From Lama glama (Eukaryota), in contig CM052839.1 of assembly GCA_028534125.1 (NCBI GenBank), positions 14,136,001-14,200,000 on the forward strand: a stretch of DNA of 64,000 bases. Direction: 5' to 3'. Both the position numbers and the translations under genes were made by a program. The notes under the pieces are model-generated. The model saw only the letters and a program-made list of their open reading frames with translations. It did not search any database and was not told the DNA's origin. Of this stretch, positions 49,019 through 61,604 are shown piece after piece. The first letter of the stretch is position 1; each line of letters begins with the position of its first letter.

Positions 49019-52000
49019 GAGACATTCTGACTTTCTATCATTACCCCACTGGGGTAAAGCCCTCAGCGGTGGCTGTCCAGCCAGGTGACAGGCCACTGCT
49101 GGTGTTTTCTGGGCGCCTGGCCCTCGCTGCCCACAGGGGACAGGCCTCTGAGCCACCAGGGTCGCCGTGCAGTGGGAGGAGCCATGCAGAGGCACGTGCA
49201 GGGGCCGCACCACGGGGCGGGGTGGGGCGGGGTGGTCAGGGTTCCCTGAGGACGTGGCACTTCTCTTGGCCCCTGTAGGGTGACCAGCTGGGTGGGAGGG
49301 CAGAGGGCAGGAGGGCAGGCAGAGAGCAGTGTGGTAGAGGCCCTCCACCCCCAGAGGGCGGCTGGCACTCAGGACACGTTCATTGTCTCTGGCTCTGTGA
49401 CGGACGGCCCCAAACTCAGCACTTCCACAGCAAACGTGTATCGTCTCTTAGCGTCCAGGGAGCAGGTGTCCAGGAACAGCTCTGCTGGGTGGTTCTCCTG
49501 AGGTTGCGTCAGGGCGTCGTTCGGGCTGCCTCATCTGAAGGCCCGGCCACAGCCAGAGGAGCCACACCCAGGGCACCCCCCACGTGGCTGTTGGCAGGAG
49601 GCCTGAGTGTCTCACCATGTGGCCTCTTGAGTGTCCTCGTAACATGGCAGCAGGTGCCCAGAGTGAGGGGGACACTGCGGCGCCTTTTAGGGCCGCATTG
49701 TGGAGCCACGTGTCACGGTTTCTGTCGTGTTCCGTTGGTCAGAGGGAGTTCCAGCCTCAGGAGCAGGGGATTCAGCTGCAGACCTTCCCGAGGAGAGCGG
49801 AGGGTGTGGAGGAACGTGGAGCCAGGCCCTGGTGTGCTGAGAGGTGCAGGGGTCGCAGGCAGGAGAGGAGGCTGCGCTGTGTCCGGCAGGCGGTGGGGCG
49901 CGGTGACCGTCTCTTAGCCCCTGCCGACAAGGGCTGTGCTGTGGAGAGGAGAGACCAGGGCCTGCGGGAGCTGAGGGGAGGGGCGACCCCGGGCTGAGGC
50001 ACAGGGCTGGGGAGCCGGGCAGCTGCGGGCTCTGGCTGTTCTTTCTCCTGCGCCCTTTGCCTGAAAGGCTACCCCAGCTCCTTGGCCTCCCCACAGCCTG
50101 GGTGGGCAAATGCCTGCAGTCTCTGGGCACATCTGCACAAACCTGCGCGGTCTGGAGCCGTAGAGCCGTGGTCAGGAAGTCACTGTTACTCGTAATGAAG
50201 GATGAGCGCAGTTCGCCAGCCGCGTGAGGAAGGGGTGGTGGGGACCGGGCGGCCGGGCCCGCGGAGATCCTGGGGAGGGCAGTGCCTGGAGACCCCGACT
50301 CTGGGGACGGAAGTCTGGTCCCAGAGCATCAGCAGGACATGCCAGAGCCTCTTTTTATCCAAAGAGCAGAACCCCTAGTTTAAGTCAGCAATTACTTATT
50401 GATCTGAAATTTGATGATTTGGAACTTGAGGAACAGGGAAGTGAGCAGTGCACGTTTGCATGAGGTTTTAGTGTGGGCTTTGGTGTGCAGGCTGAGGGTG
50501 AAAGCATGACTCTCTCCCCTTGGACCTTCCTCTGGGTCTCCCAACCCCCAACTCCGGGGCTCAGGCAGGAAGAGGGAGGGACTGGGCAGTGGGGTGGACG
50601 CTCCACGGCTGACTGCTCGCTCCCGGACGGACCCTCTGCTTTCCAACGGGCAGCTTGCCAGCACCCGTCTGCCGCTCCCTGGCTTCAGGTCGGGGACCAG
50701 GGACGACCGGGCCAGCAGAGGCCCGGCCATGGAGTACAGCCTTGACTCTCAGCCGGGCCAGCAGTCTAGGGGGCTCCCATGTTGTCACTGTCACCTCAGC
50801 CCGTGTGCCGTCCTCCTCTGCTCCTGAAGCTGGACGGTTAGGACGCTGAGTAACCATGAGAACGTGTTCAGCCTGACGGGACAAACACGGACGAACTGCC
50901 TCCTCTCTGCCAGGCGAGACCCAGCCGTGGGCACCGTCCCAGGAAGGAGCCAGAGGCTCGTGGCGGCGTCTCTGCGTCCCCCGCATCATAGCCTTCAGCA
51001 GGGAGAGCATACTCCGCTGGCAGCCCCGCGCCGGCAGGCACAGGGGTCTCGAGCGGGAACAGGAGGGGAGGGAGGCCGTTAACCACCGCTGCCTGGTCGG
51101 TTAAATGCCAGATGCCAACTCCGGCTGCCTGGGCCAAGGGGGCGTCTGTCCTGACGAGGCAGGCTCCCCAGGGCCCCCTTGAGCTCTTTGTCGCCCCATA
51201 GCAATAAGGGGAGGGGGAAACAGAAGAAAGGAAAGCAGGAAGCTTCTGTCACGCTTTTTCTCCCCAGCCTCCCACAGCGGGCTGGGAAACTGGTCTTAGA
51301 CTCCAAAGTTTAGACCCTAAATGAAATGCTGGCACATTTTGGAGCTGTGGTCACGGGACTCAGCTGGATGTCGGGTTGGGGGGTGCAGCTGGTGGAGGGT
51401 GGGGCTCTGGGCGCTCCCCTGGGGCCCATCCAGGAAGAGGGGTCGGCCAGGAGGGCTGTCCTGCCGCGGCGTTCAGCCCCGGGCAGGCAGGTTGGACAGG
51501 TGGACCAGGGAAGCCGGCCTACGGCAGGGTCTGTGGTGAGATGCTGAAGCGGGAGGAGCAGGTGAACAAGGCTTTTTGGAAACTGACCTCGTCACATCAG
51601 GCGGTCCGCTGCTTAGAGGCAGGGTGTCTGTGCCCAGGGAGGCGGGAGGCAGCCACACCCGTGACAGCGGCAGAATTGCAGGAGCGGCGCTGCCCTCTCC
51701 TCTGGGCGTGTGGCCGGGGCCCTTGGGATGCGCTCTTTTTTTGATACGTCCTGTAACTTCCGAAGAACAGAATTTTTAAAAGATGTTAGCAGTTTCATGG
51801 ATCGACAAGTGGCCGTCTGTGGGTGTTTGTTCTCTCCTCTCCATTGGTGTTTTATTTAGGGACCTAGTGGGCATGCTTTCTGGTGGGCTTTTCCTTGCGG
51901 GCATGGAGGCAGGCGCTGTGGGCAGTCACCTCACCCGTCGGACAGGCGGGCGCCTCCGCTTCGGCTCCCTCATCTGCTCTGTCTGCCTGGGGCTCCGCCT

Positions 52001-52259
52001 GCTGGGCTGAGCGGAGGGTGGAGGCCGCCTGCTCCTGCCCTCACACGTCCTGCTGGCACAGCCTCGCAGGCCCTCCAACCCGATGTCGCCAGGCGTTGAT
52101 CTCCTGGGATCAGGATGCTCTGCTTTGCAGGCTGAGCCTGGGTGCCAAGGTGCTGCTTCCCGGCTCCTCTCAGGGAAGCGCCACGTGCAGGATGGCGTGG
52201 AGGCTTGTCGGGGCACTGCGCCCCCCGGGCGCTCCCTCACCAGCCCCCTTTCCCCCCAG

Positions 52260-52394
52260 GCATGGGCCGATGCCTTTCGGAGCAGCCCCGACCTCACGGG
52301 CGTCGTACACACGTACGAGGAGCTGAAGCGGAAGGGGGTGGAGTTCCCCACCGCGGACCTGGACGCACTGTCTCCCATACACACCCCGCAGCGG
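52260..52394 (+). CDS. TOM1L2: TOM1L2 exon 5 ([45 protein letters not shown]), VHS end
   Basis: tccccccag| acceptor, |gtgagc donor; 135 nt, phase 0-0. Confidence 0.98.
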
Positions 52395-53419
52395 GTGAGC
52401 CTCCCCAGCGCCTGTCATGGGCCTCCTGTGGCCGCCCCATTTGAACTGTTCGGCTTCTCACCAGCTTTCTTGAAGCTCCAGGGTGTTTCTTTTTAATAGT
52501 GGAGCGGGGGTGGGGGTGTGCAGTGCAGGAGCGAGACAGCTGGCAGGCGGTTACGTGGTGGGAGTGCCCCCCCCACCGTTGCTCCCTGAGTCTGGAAGAA
52601 GATAAAGATGAGTCGGTGCAGTTACTCTCAGGGAAATGTCTGCTTGGCGGAGCCATCCTGGGAGGGCCTCCGCGCTGCCCTTCAGAGCCGGGTATGGTGT
52701 GCGGGCGCCCTCACAGCATCCCTGGCCACAGGGCAGGGGGCACCTTCCAGGCGTTTCACCGTGCAGCTCAAATGGACGGAAACTTCCATTTGAGCTGAGA
52801 GGGTCAGCACCAATCCAGACACCCTTGAATCCCGTCAGCCTCGGGATTCAAAACCTGGGGAGAGCCCGCTCAGGCCTCCCACAGCCTCGCTCACATCACC
52901 GCAGCCCTGCTTCAAAGTGAAAGGTGCACAGGCAGGGCTGTCCATCCTCTCACGGGGAGGCCGGAAGCTCGGGATCTGGGAAGCATCCGCCCCGCATGCC
53001 CGCCACGGGCTGGCCGTTTGCCATCTCTGAAGTGGGGAGGGTGGGAAGGACAGAGCCATGCAGGGAATTGCACTTCCCAAGTCTTGTTTCGGGGTGAGCC
53101 CTCCAGAGCACCAGCTGACACAGGACAGCGCTCTATGTACAAACAGCGTTCGGTAAGTTGTGTAATTACTGTTTGTACTAGTCTCCTCGTAAAGGCCAAA
53201 AAGTCATCTTTTGTCACCAAGTAAGGATTCCTGACTAGCAAAACTTCATAGCAGCCCCTCCACTCAGATTCTGAGGTGGTCCTAGCGGTGGGACTGTGAC
53301 CAGGGCTCTGCAGATGGCCAGGTGGGACGTGCAGCCCCGGGAGGGGAGTGCCGGGTAGGTGTCAGGCCAGCGGTGGGTGGGAGGCCTGGTGAACAGAAGG
53401 CTTTGCTGTTGCCGCACAG

Positions 53420-53554
53420 AGCGTCCCGGAGGTGGACCCAGCTGCCACCATGCCCAGGTCCCAGTCGCAGCCGAAGACGAGTGCCGGCTCCTACTCTGCT
53501 CCTCAGGCCCCGGCTCTGAGTGTGACTGGCCCCATCACAGCCAATTCAGAGCAG
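53420..53554 (+). CDS. TOM1L2: TOM1L2 exon 6 (SVPEVDPAATMPRSQSQPKTSAGSYSAPQAPALSVTGPITANSEQ), VHS-GAT linker
   Basis: gcacag| acceptor, |gtacgt donor; 135 nt, phase 0-0. Confidence 0.95.
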
Positions 53555-55007
53555 GTACGTACACACTTCTGGGTCACAGGTGAGCAGGCCGACTATGCGC
53601 CTTCTACTCCGAGGACACAGGGCACTGTGCTAGGTGTCGGTGACATGGGTGTCAGGGCCTGGACTCTCTCCTGGTGGCTCGCCGTCGAGTGACAGCGTGG
53701 TCACTCCGAGGTGGGAGCAGGGCCCGAGTGCTGCATGAGCCCAGAGTGGAGGCAGCCTTGGGGGCGGCACTGCTGAGGTGCCTTGCAGGGGGCGGGGCAT
53801 GGCCCGGGGCATGGAGGGGCGGGGCGTGTGCTCTGGGAGCGGCAGGGGGATGGCTTGGAGGCTGGGGCAAGGGCAGGTCCGGAGGTAGGTCCGGGGCGGG
53901 GCAGGTGGAGGGTGAGCCCCAGAGCCCAGAGATGGAGCTGAGTTGTGAGCGCCCCGGGTGTCCCGCAGAGACGTTTCCATCTTCCTGTGCGAGGTCAGCC
54001 CGGGCTGTGGAGGCAGAGGCCGGCATGGAGCCTTCAGGAAGGGTACTCCTGCTTCACCCCAGACGCTGCCCACCTCCCTAAGCTGTGTCCTCGGGGGGCT
54101 GGTCCCGCCCCAGCCCCAGCCCTGAGCTGTGTCCTCGGGGGCAGGGCTGCCTCAGCCTCAAACTGGATTTTTTTTAGATGAGTCTGAACAATTGTCTTTA
54201 GATGAATCTAGAGAATTTCCATTAGTAAAAACTTGAGAATTGGTCAGACTTGGAAAAAAAAACCCCAACGTTTATATTTTTTTAATTCTTATTTAACATT
54301 TGTGACAAGTAATTCTTACGGAACCGCATTTGAACAGAGAGGCCTGGGGGCAGCTGAGGGGCAGACCACTCTGCCACGGGGGTCAGTGGGTCAGTCCTGG
54401 TGCCACCATTAAGAAAATGAAAAAAATAAAACACAGAGGGGTCAAGCGATCGCGCTGGTTAACGGAGCACGTGCATGTTTCCCTGCTGCCAGCTTCAAGG
54501 AGGGCCATGGTTGGGCAGGAGGTGGGCTGGGGAGTCAGGCCTGAGCTAGACACCAGCTCTGCTCCTCCCAGGGGACATAGACACCGAGCCTCAGTCTCCT
54601 GAGAGCAGGTCGGGACATGGATCCCTTGGTAGGGAGCCGGTGGGGTGTCTGCTGCCAGAAGTGCATGGTTCATGCTGGCCAGCCATCAGAGATCCTAGAT
54701 TCCCGGCTGGAGTCTGCAACCACAAGGTTCCTGGACGAGGGTCCTGCCCCACAGGGACCTTGGGGGCCACACTGTCCACCATGTGAAAGCACAGAGACAG
54801 GGCCTGAGAGGTCCACTTCCTGCTGCAGGCCCCACAGTGGGAGAGCCGCTCTCCCCCACGTCCCCGGCAGCAGCCGCAGTGGTAGCCTGGCCCCCCAGTC
54901 AGGTCTTTGCCAGCTGCCCTCACCCTCACGGGCAGGCGGAGTGAGGCCGTGTCCTGCCAGGCGCAGGCTCACTGGCCTCCCCCGGCCTTCCTCCCCGGCC
55001 CCAACAG

Positions 55008-55124
55008 ATCGCCAGGCTGCGCAGCGAACTAGATGTTGTTCGAGGAAACACAAAAGTCATGTCTGAGATGTTGACAGAAATGGTCCCTGGGCAGGAGGAC
55101 TCGTCCGATCTGGAGCTGCTGCAG
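55008..55124 (+). CDS. TOM1L2: TOM1L2 exon 7 ([39 protein letters not shown]), GAT domain
   Basis: ccaacag| acceptor, |gtgagg donor; 117 nt, phase 0-0. Confidence 0.97.
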
Positions 55125-55313
55125 GTGAGGGGCCTCGTCTTGTGGAAGCTCCGGGCCAGGGGCACGCAGGGAGGTGGGAGGTGGGGTGGGGTTGGGGCAC
55201 TGTCCTCGAGAGGGGTTGAGCCCGTGTGGCCCACGCTTGGCCCCACAGCCCTGGGGGCCCTCAGAGTCCAGTCCCAGGCTCTCTTTTCTTTATTGTCCTT
55301 AAACACAGTTTTT

Positions 55314-55407
55314 GGGGGTGTGGGAGTAGCTCAGTGGCAGAGAATATGCTTAGCACGTGTGAGGTCTGGGCTCAATCCCCAGTACCTCTGTTCTAAACAA
55401 AACAAAA
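55314..55407 (+). mobile_element. Camelid tRNA-SINE, diverged
   Basis: GTAGCTCAGTGGCAGAG..TGCTTAGCACGTGTGAGGTCTGGGCTCAATCCCCAGTACCTC plus (AAAAC)n tail. Confidence 0.85.
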
Positions 55408-58400
55408 CTCTTTGTGCTGATTAGAAAGTGCCAGTTGCAGAATACATGCCTTTTGAAAGAAAAAGAAAGTCAAAGAAGAAAATAATAATCTTCTTTAGTC
55501 CCAGGGTCCACAGATAAGCACATCTTTTCTTTCCGACGCTTTCCCATGTTTATTTTAAATGTGGGTGAGATGATATCCCGTGCTCGATTCTGCACATCTC
55601 TGTTCACCCAACATTACATCACAAATGCGTGAGGGACCTTCAGCCTTCCCTGCGCGTGGGGTGAAGCAGGGGACCCTTTCCTTTTCCTGGCGCTGCGGGT
55701 TCCCAGGCTGATTGCCCACATCGTGGTTCCTGAGGCTCCGTAGCTAACAGGATGCCCTGTAGACCCAGGAACCTGGCACAAAAGGGCCCAGGAGCAAGGC
55801 TGGCCTGCGGGGACCCTGCCCCAGGCCCCACTTCCGGGTCCGCCAGACCCAGAGCTATCCCCACCCTGGCTCAGACACTCCGGCGTCTGTGGGAAGTGGC
55901 AGTGGCACTGCCCTCAGAAGCAGTGACCTTCTGGAGGGGGAGAGGGTTCTGGGAGGCCTGGGGCTGTCTCTCCAGCAGGAGGTGGGGCAGGTGGGCGTGG
56001 CAGGGCTGCCGGGCTCTGTCCCCTGAGGGCCACACTGCACTCTGCTTCAGGCTTGCCCCGCCCCCCCCCCCAGGGCTGGGCAGGTCCCTGCTGCTTGTCT
56101 GCACCTCAGGGGATGAGGGTGGGCAGAGGCCTGCTCTGGGCCCCCCTCCCCCGCTCCCCCCACACAGAGAGAGCCCAGGGATGTATGGGCCGTGGTCCCT
56201 GGTCCAGAGATGTTCACAGCAGGCAACCCATCTCCCACCACGAGGAGGGCCTCCCAGCCACAGCCGGGCTAGGACAAGTCCCATGTGCAGGTGCCACACT
56301 CTGGGGCACCGGCAAGACATCATCCATCGCTACCGCATCAGCCTCCATCCCTGGCTTTCAGGGGCTCTTCCAGGCATCCCTCGAGGCACAGGAATCTGAG
56401 ATGAGTCCCCAGACAGTCCAGAAACCCAGCGGGCCTCTGGAGGCAGCTCTGTGCTGTGTCAGCATCAGAGCTCCTGCTGACAGGGGTTTGCAGTGGACGG
56501 AGCTGAGCTCCTGGCCGCAGGAGGAGCAGAACAAAGCCAGTGTGCGGCAGACGGCCCAAGCCACCCAGACAGCAGGCACCCCTGTGTGCGTGTGCATGCA
56601 CGTGTGTGTGCGTGTGTGTGTACACAAGCCCGTCAGCCAAGACAAACGGAACCTGATCCCTGGGCCTCAGCTCACAGTTTTCAAAAATAGGTTGCTTCCC
56701 ATGACATTTCCCTTCCCTCTGTTTTATTCCGATTCCAAGCCGACCCACCTTCATGCTGTCGTATAAGTCAGAGGGAGGGCAGTGCTGGGCGCCAGTGGGA
56801 GGCTGTCCTTCCGACCTAGGAGGCTCAGGGGCGGGCAGCTCGATGTGAACAGACATGGCTCTTCAGGCCGCTGGCCTCGCTCCTCCATCATTCTCGACAT
56901 TGGCCTCCTTCCCTCCACAGTCGGCAGCTGGCCAGGCGGGGTTTCCCAGGGGTCACTCGGGGCAGCACTGAACAGCAAGCTTCCGCTTGGGAAAAATGCC
57001 ACGATCTGCTTGGAAAGGGACGGGGTCCGACTGTGCCCTGAGGACCCCTCTGTCGAGCTGGAGAGCGGCCAGATCGCTTTGGGTAGAAGCTGGCCAGGCT
57101 CGCAGTGCTGGCCGGGGCTATGGAAGCAAATGCATTTGTCACGATCCCAAGTGGTCACACCGTCGGAAGCGGCTCCCAACTTGAGTGTAAATTGCTGGGC
57201 AAGAGGCAGAGGAAGTGTGGAGGGGAGACTGGAGGTGTCGGCAAGGATGCCCGCCGCCGCGGCTTCCTGCCACTGCACGGTGCTTCCAGGGGTGGCCCGT
57301 TCTGCAGTCTGCAGAGCGGCAGGAACACTGGGCAGGGTGGGCGAGGGGCACTGAGTCCCCCGGGACAGTGTGGTGGGACGTCCCTGGGAAGGTGGCGGCT
57401 TCCCTCTGAGCTGGGGGGACCCGCCCGGCAGCTGGTCCAGCTCCTCCTTGTGCTGCCTCCCCCACCGCCTGCCTGTCGTTCCCTGGAGGCCTGTCTGTCT
57501 CCACACGGAACAGACTTTGGGAAGCAGCACAAGCAGCAGGAAGAGCCACAGCTTGGGCGACCCTGGGGTCATGTCCTGACGTTAGGCAGGTCACCTCACC
57601 TCAGAGCCTGGGGTGATCTCTCACCGCGGAAGGACTGGGCATCGTCTGGTGAATGAGCTATAGTGTGGGTGCAGCCGTCGGAGCCACTGTGACCACAGGC
57701 TGCTCCCCTTCCACGCACGGAGCTGAAGGCTGCCTCCTGGGACTCTGCCCTGGTCTGTCTGCTTGACCTGCAGCAGAAAACAAATTACTCTGTCATGTGG
57801 TGGGTCCTTAATACTTGCCAGTGGCCGCCAGCCCCTCCCACGGCCCAGTCTCTACACGGTGCTAGCTTGGCTGTTGGCATCGTCCCCACAGGTCAGCCAG
57901 GGGGTTCTCAGCAGGAGGCAGCGCTGGGAAACCGAGAACTTCCATCCACTGAAGACCGTCCACCTCCCTCGCCAGCTGTTCAGCCTCGTCTTCCTCGTCG
58001 TGGGTGTGGGCACACTGGGTCCTGCCTGAAATTTGAGACTGCCTCCCTGGGGGCTGGAGTTCTCGCCCTTAGCTGCGCCTGGGAGTCCAGCTTTCGGGAT
58101 CTGTAAAGATTGCAGTGCCATTGTCTGTGCCCTCGGCTGCTCCCAGATTCCTCTCCAGCTGTGTCTTTACTTACTACCTGAGCCGGCTGTGCCTGACACG
58201 GGCATCCATTCCTGGCCACCCCTCATGCCCTGTAAGAAGCCCTGGCCCACGTTGTCTCTCGGGTGGCAGGTGCCTCTTACGTCTCACTTCAACAAAAACC
58301 AGGATGATGGCACCATTTCCTCTAGAGAAATCTCATTTATTCTGCATGTTTAGCCCGTTCGTCCCCTTTCTCTTCAGCAAAGACGTTCTCTCGCTCCCTC

Positions 58401-59953
58401 CCCTTTGCAGCTGTAGAAGACAGGTCCTCGGGACCTCACTCCGCCCCTTAGAACTTGGAGAGGGTTCAGAGGAGACCTGTAAGGAAGATGAGAAGACGGT
58501 TTTGCAAGGTGGGGATGAGAACGTCCCTTGGAGAAAAGATAAAAGCGCTGGGATTAATTAGACTAGAAAAGAGGCTATTCTGTAAGATGCTCTGAGGAAT
58601 GGAGGGCTTGTGCACAGAGTGGTGACCAGCTGGTCTCCCCTTCGTTGAGAACCAGACGCAGGGAGGCCAGGCTGAGACCTTCTGTGTCTGGGAAGTTCCT
58701 GCCCCAGCTGTTGCCAGGTGGAGGGGGAGCTGGGCCGGCCATGGCTCCCAGTGTCTTGGGACCAGGAGAAGGCGCCCAGCTGGGTGTGCAGAGGTGGTGT
58801 GAGGCAGGGGAGGGTCTCCCCGCTGAGCCAGCAGTGTGGTCAGCCGGTGGGTGGCGGGGGCGGCAGGAATCTTCACACTCTGGTCCTCCTCTCCTATTCC
58901 GTCTCTTTTTTTCCTTCCTGTTTAATATTTTTTAAAGACAGTAACTTAAAAGGTTGAAGCAAGGAGAAGGTAAAACTTTCTGTAGAGACCCCTGATTCAT
59001 GATGAGACCCTCCAGGCCTGTGTTTCGGCAAAGCTCCTGGGGGGGCCCCTGGGTGCTGGTCCAGGCGGTCCTGCCCAGCACCCCAGCCGAAGGCCACAGG
59101 CGGGAGGCCACGTGCTGGGCCCTCGGGTGTCATCCCGCCTCCAGGCGAGGCCTGAGAAATCACCTAGTGCTTCCCAAACATTCGGGAAAGTCACGGAGCC
59201 CTTCCTCCACAAGAGAAGCTGCGGTGTTTGCACACAGTGTTCAGCACACACGGAAGCAGACCCACCCTGGCTGCTGGGGGGCCCGGGCAGAGCGTCACCT
59301 CTTCCCAGCCCTGGCCCTTCATCCCGCTCTGGGAGAGAGGCCCAAACAGCTAATGATCAGTCACAGTTGCCTGCTGCCTGCCACAGGGCCCGTGCCCACA
59401 GGGAGGCCGGGCCCAGCCCTGCCCTCTCCTGCTTCAGGTGGGAGCTTCAGGTGTGTGCAGCCTGCGGAGGGTCGACCTGGTTCTCCTCTGGATCGGGGCG
59501 CCGGGCTTCCGCTGTTTGGGGTGGGCTGGACCGGTCTTCCCTTTCTGGAGGCGGAGGCGCCCTGGGCGGTCTGGGGCGGCTGGGGAGTCGGTGTGTTCGT
59601 TGGCAACCCCAGAAAACACCTGAGATGCGCTATGGTCCGCAGAGGATGAGGCCAGCCTGTCCCAAGTGACAGGAAGGCCTGTGGGGCTTTTGTGCAGGAG
59701 GAAAAGCAGGTGCGGGTTCACGTTCTCAGGCTTTGTAGACGGTTTGTACAGACGTGCTCTGCGCCCGCGGCGTCTGTCTCCGGAGGAAGCCCCGCCTCGG
59801 GCGGGGGAGGCGGGGAGGGGCTTCCACCTGCCTCTAGCACACTTGTGGGCTTTGTGGACGACCCCCTTGGTGGCTTCTCGGAGTGAGCACGCGTCTTTGG
59901 AAAGCACGCGGAGGCAGGCGGAAGCGTGGGGGTAGCAGGCGCTTGTCCCCTAG

Positions 59954-60087
59954 GAGCTGCACAGGACCTGCCGCGCCATGCAGCGGCGCATCGTGGAGCT
60001 CGTCTCCCGCGTGTGCAACGAGGAGGTCACGGAGGAGCTGCTGCACGTCAACGACGACCTCAACAACGTCTTCCTCCGATACGAGAG
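59954..60087 (+). CDS. TOM1L2: TOM1L2 exon 8 ([44 protein letters not shown](R)), GAT domain
   Basis: tcccctag| acceptor, AG|gtgggc donor; 134 nt, phase 0-2; [16 protein letters not shown] signature. Confidence 0.97.
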
Positions 60088-60186
60088 GTGGGCGGGGCGG
60101 GGGCGGGGCGGGGCGACGGGGTGGGGGCGGTGCTCGGGCGGCAGGGGCGGGTTGGCGGGGAGGCGGGGTTGAGGGGGCGTGGGGGA
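60088..60186 (+). repeat. G-run / (GGGGC)n tract directly after TOM1L2 exon 8
   Basis: More than ten G3-G5 runs within 100 nt. Confidence 0.85.
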
Positions 60187-61555
60187 GTAGCCCAGAAGAC
60201 GGGTCGCGGGTCAGGCCTTGCTCCGTGAGCTGCAGGCCGCCCCCCGGGAGGGAGGACCGGGCACCGGCTGCAGCTCCTGCGCCTGCGCCTCTGACGGCCC
60301 TCTGCGCGGGAAAAGGACTGACGGGGAAAGTCTCCACCGAGGGAAGAAGATTTGCTCTTACCCCCTCTTTAAGAGAGCAAGATCTCTCGCTTCTCTGGAT
60401 GTTCAGAGGCAGGCGGGGTGCGGGCCAGATGTCAGGGTGCTGCTGCTGCTGCTGCGGGAACACAGTCACTCTCGCTCTCCTGCAGCCAAATCCTTTTTGG
60501 GTTCGAGGCAGCAAACATGCATATACCTTTCCCTTCCCCATGTGGTGCCCGGGCAGTGTTCCCGGGGGCGGGTTGACAGCAGGCAGGTTCTGCCGGTCGC
60601 TCTGATGGGCGGCCGCCCCTGAAAGCGCCCCACCAGGCCACCCTTCTCCCGTGGGCCAGGCCCGGACACCCCCTCTCAGGGCTGTCGGCTGACGGCTGCT
60701 GTCCTGGCATTCCAGATGCTCGCCTCTGGGACCTTGGAGGGTGACTTGGCGGAGGCTGCCACAACTCTGGGCTTTTCTCAGCTTCGACTGAGGCGGTTGG
60801 GGTGGGTGGCCGGTGTCGGTCTGATGGATGAAGAGACCTCGGCGTAAGGATTTAGCCGTCCCAGCCCGTGGGGGAACAGGAGCAGACACCAGCACCTGTG
60901 GTCTTGCGGGGCGGTCCAGTCCCTCTGCCCTGAATGGGCTGCCTGTCACCTGCTAGAGCCACACGGCCCTTCTGGCGCGGGCATTTTCGGCCCCAGTGTC
61001 ACAGTTCAAGCAGAGCCGGGGCCAGGGGGCCTCTGTTGAGACCACTTGTCCGTCACAGAGGGCTGGGGAGGTGCTTCAGCCTTGGAAAGTCTCAGGGGGC
61101 CTCTGGGCACTTGCTCCTTTAGACACTGAGGACAAAGCACAGCCCTGCAGGCATCACCCAGGTGTCCCCCCGGGGTCCCCCTCAGCAGGCGCTGACCCCA
61201 GCGAGGGTGCAGACTGATGTTGAGCAGGGGTCTCAGCAGAACCCCAGCTGGAGAACCCCAGGGGCTGCGGTGCCTGCCTGGCCCTCAGAGGGACCTCAGC
61301 CTCCCCTCCAGGTCAGAGGAGCACACGGCCCGGGCTGCGAGGGGCGGCGGGGGGAGCTTCTGCTGGCCGCCTGGATGTGCCAGCTGACACCTGCTCCAGG
61401 GATCCCCATGGGGTGGCAGGCACAGCGAAGGAGGTGGGCCTGGTTGGTCTCCTTTCCTGGAGCTGGGTCTCTGCTGGCCACCTGCCCTCGGTCTCCAGAA
61501 GCTCCTGGGGCCAGGGCTTCCCTCCCCCCTCACTCTGCCCTCCCTTCCCCGTCAG

Positions 61556-61604
61556 GTTCGAGCGGTACAGGTCGGGCCGATCCGCACAGAATGCCAGCAA
61601 TGGG
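61556..61604 (+). CDS. TOM1L2: TOM1L2 exon 9 (FERYRSGRSAQNASNG)
   Basis: Long pyrimidine tract then gtcag|, donor |gtgagt; 49 nt, phase 2-0. Confidence 0.95.

Noticed and set aside
54081-54215. Short local duplications (agctgtgtcctcggggg twice; tttagatgartct twice)
   Set aside because: Ordinary slippage duplications with no sign of function.
56751-57572. 273-aa minus ORF with a signal-peptide-like start
   Set aside because: No recognisable domain, several overlapping ORFs in other frames, intronic GC-rich sequence.
59834-60949. Longest ORF (371 aa, minus strand) overlapping exon 8
   Set aside because: Antisense shadow of a GC3-rich exon plus G/C low-complexity intron; non-ATG start, Pro/Gly/Arg-rich, no domain.
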